A DNA stretch of 64,000 nucleotides from positions 124,001 to 188,000 of IMG/VR virus record IMGVR_UViG_3300033182_000980; one strand, 5' to 3'. The position numbers and the translations under genes are program-made. The notes under the pieces are model-generated. The model saw nothing but the letters and a program-made list of their open reading frames with translations, did no database searches and was not told where the DNA came from. Positions 63,583 to 64,000 of this stretch are shown piece by piece. Position 1 is the stretch's first letter. The number at the start of each line of letters is the position of its first letter.

Positions 63583-63999
63583 TTATCCTGCGTAGATTGT
63601 ACCGTCATCATTGTAGACGGTAAGTAGAGGGGTAGCAGACTTAACACCTGCAAAAGCAAGGTTAGCGTTCTGAGCACCGACAAGACCTGAGAGTACACCC
63701 TCGGAGAAAGAAATCTTCCAAGAGCTATCTTGGGGAACAAGAGTTCTCATGGTTGTGCCAAGAGTACCAGGAGCGATGACAGGGGCAAAGACACCACCAG
63801 CAGTCTGAATAGCAACACCACCGTTGATGATGTAATCTTCACCTGCAAGGATAGCGAGGACTTCTACAAGTGATCCTGTAGAGTTTGAGTTTCCTGCCGC
63901 TCCATCGAGGTCAGTAGCTCCACCAGCAACTGCTGTGAGGTCAGCGTTTACATTAGCGAGAGTAACAGTCCCACCTGCTCGAACACGAGCGAGGATACG
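63583..63999 (-). CDS. Putative virion structural protein (paralog 1), 5'-partial
   Basis: Open to the window edge; RILARVRAGGTVT...EVLAILAG...TVYNDDGTIYAG*. Confidence 0.6.
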   Translation of the reverse strand, partial: RILARVRAGGTVTLANVNADLTAVAGGATDLDGAAGNSNSTGSLVEVLAILAGEDYIINGGVAIQTAGGVFAPVIAPGTLGTTMRTLVPQDSSWKISFSEGVLSGLVGAQNANLAFAGVKSATPLLTVYNDDGTIYAG

Positions 64000-64000
64000 A

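Noticed and set aside
1-64000. Alternative genetic code, or eukaryotic giant-virus origin
   Set aside because: Long conserved genes are intact with all three stop codons in use. SD motifs, coupled ORFs and a contractile sheath indicate a bacteriophage.

Overview
This is a 64-kb segment of a large, contractile-tailed (myovirus-like) bacteriophage genome. Genes are densely packed, have strong AAGGAG ribosome-binding sites and read cleanly in the standard bacterial code. Structural genes: a tail-fibre tip module at the left edge, a 1619-aa tail sheath, an 846-aa repeat fibre, and three paralogous putative virion proteins at the right edge. Metabolic and replication genes: purB, pyrD, a pyrF-pyrE fusion, thyX and an ATP-dependent DNA ligase. 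There is also a putative lysis locus (CapA-CHAP fusion), two homing-endonuclease-like genes, nine canonical tRNAs, several aberrant tRNA-like or structured RNAs, and many small accessory ORFs. Two observations stand out. (1) A putative virion gene is fractured by a naturally and atypically split intein (33-aa IntN, 129-aa IntC), with a free-standing endonuclease gene between the halves. (2) Six dispersed, otherwise unrelated proteins share one ~22-aa N-terminal leader (MRRSASEVIxxLExRxARLE) behind one promoter-like motif, which resembles a modular capsid-targeting cargo system. Two classes of repeated promoter-like motif partition the genes. All product calls come from motif recognition by eye; no database searches or folding programs were run.
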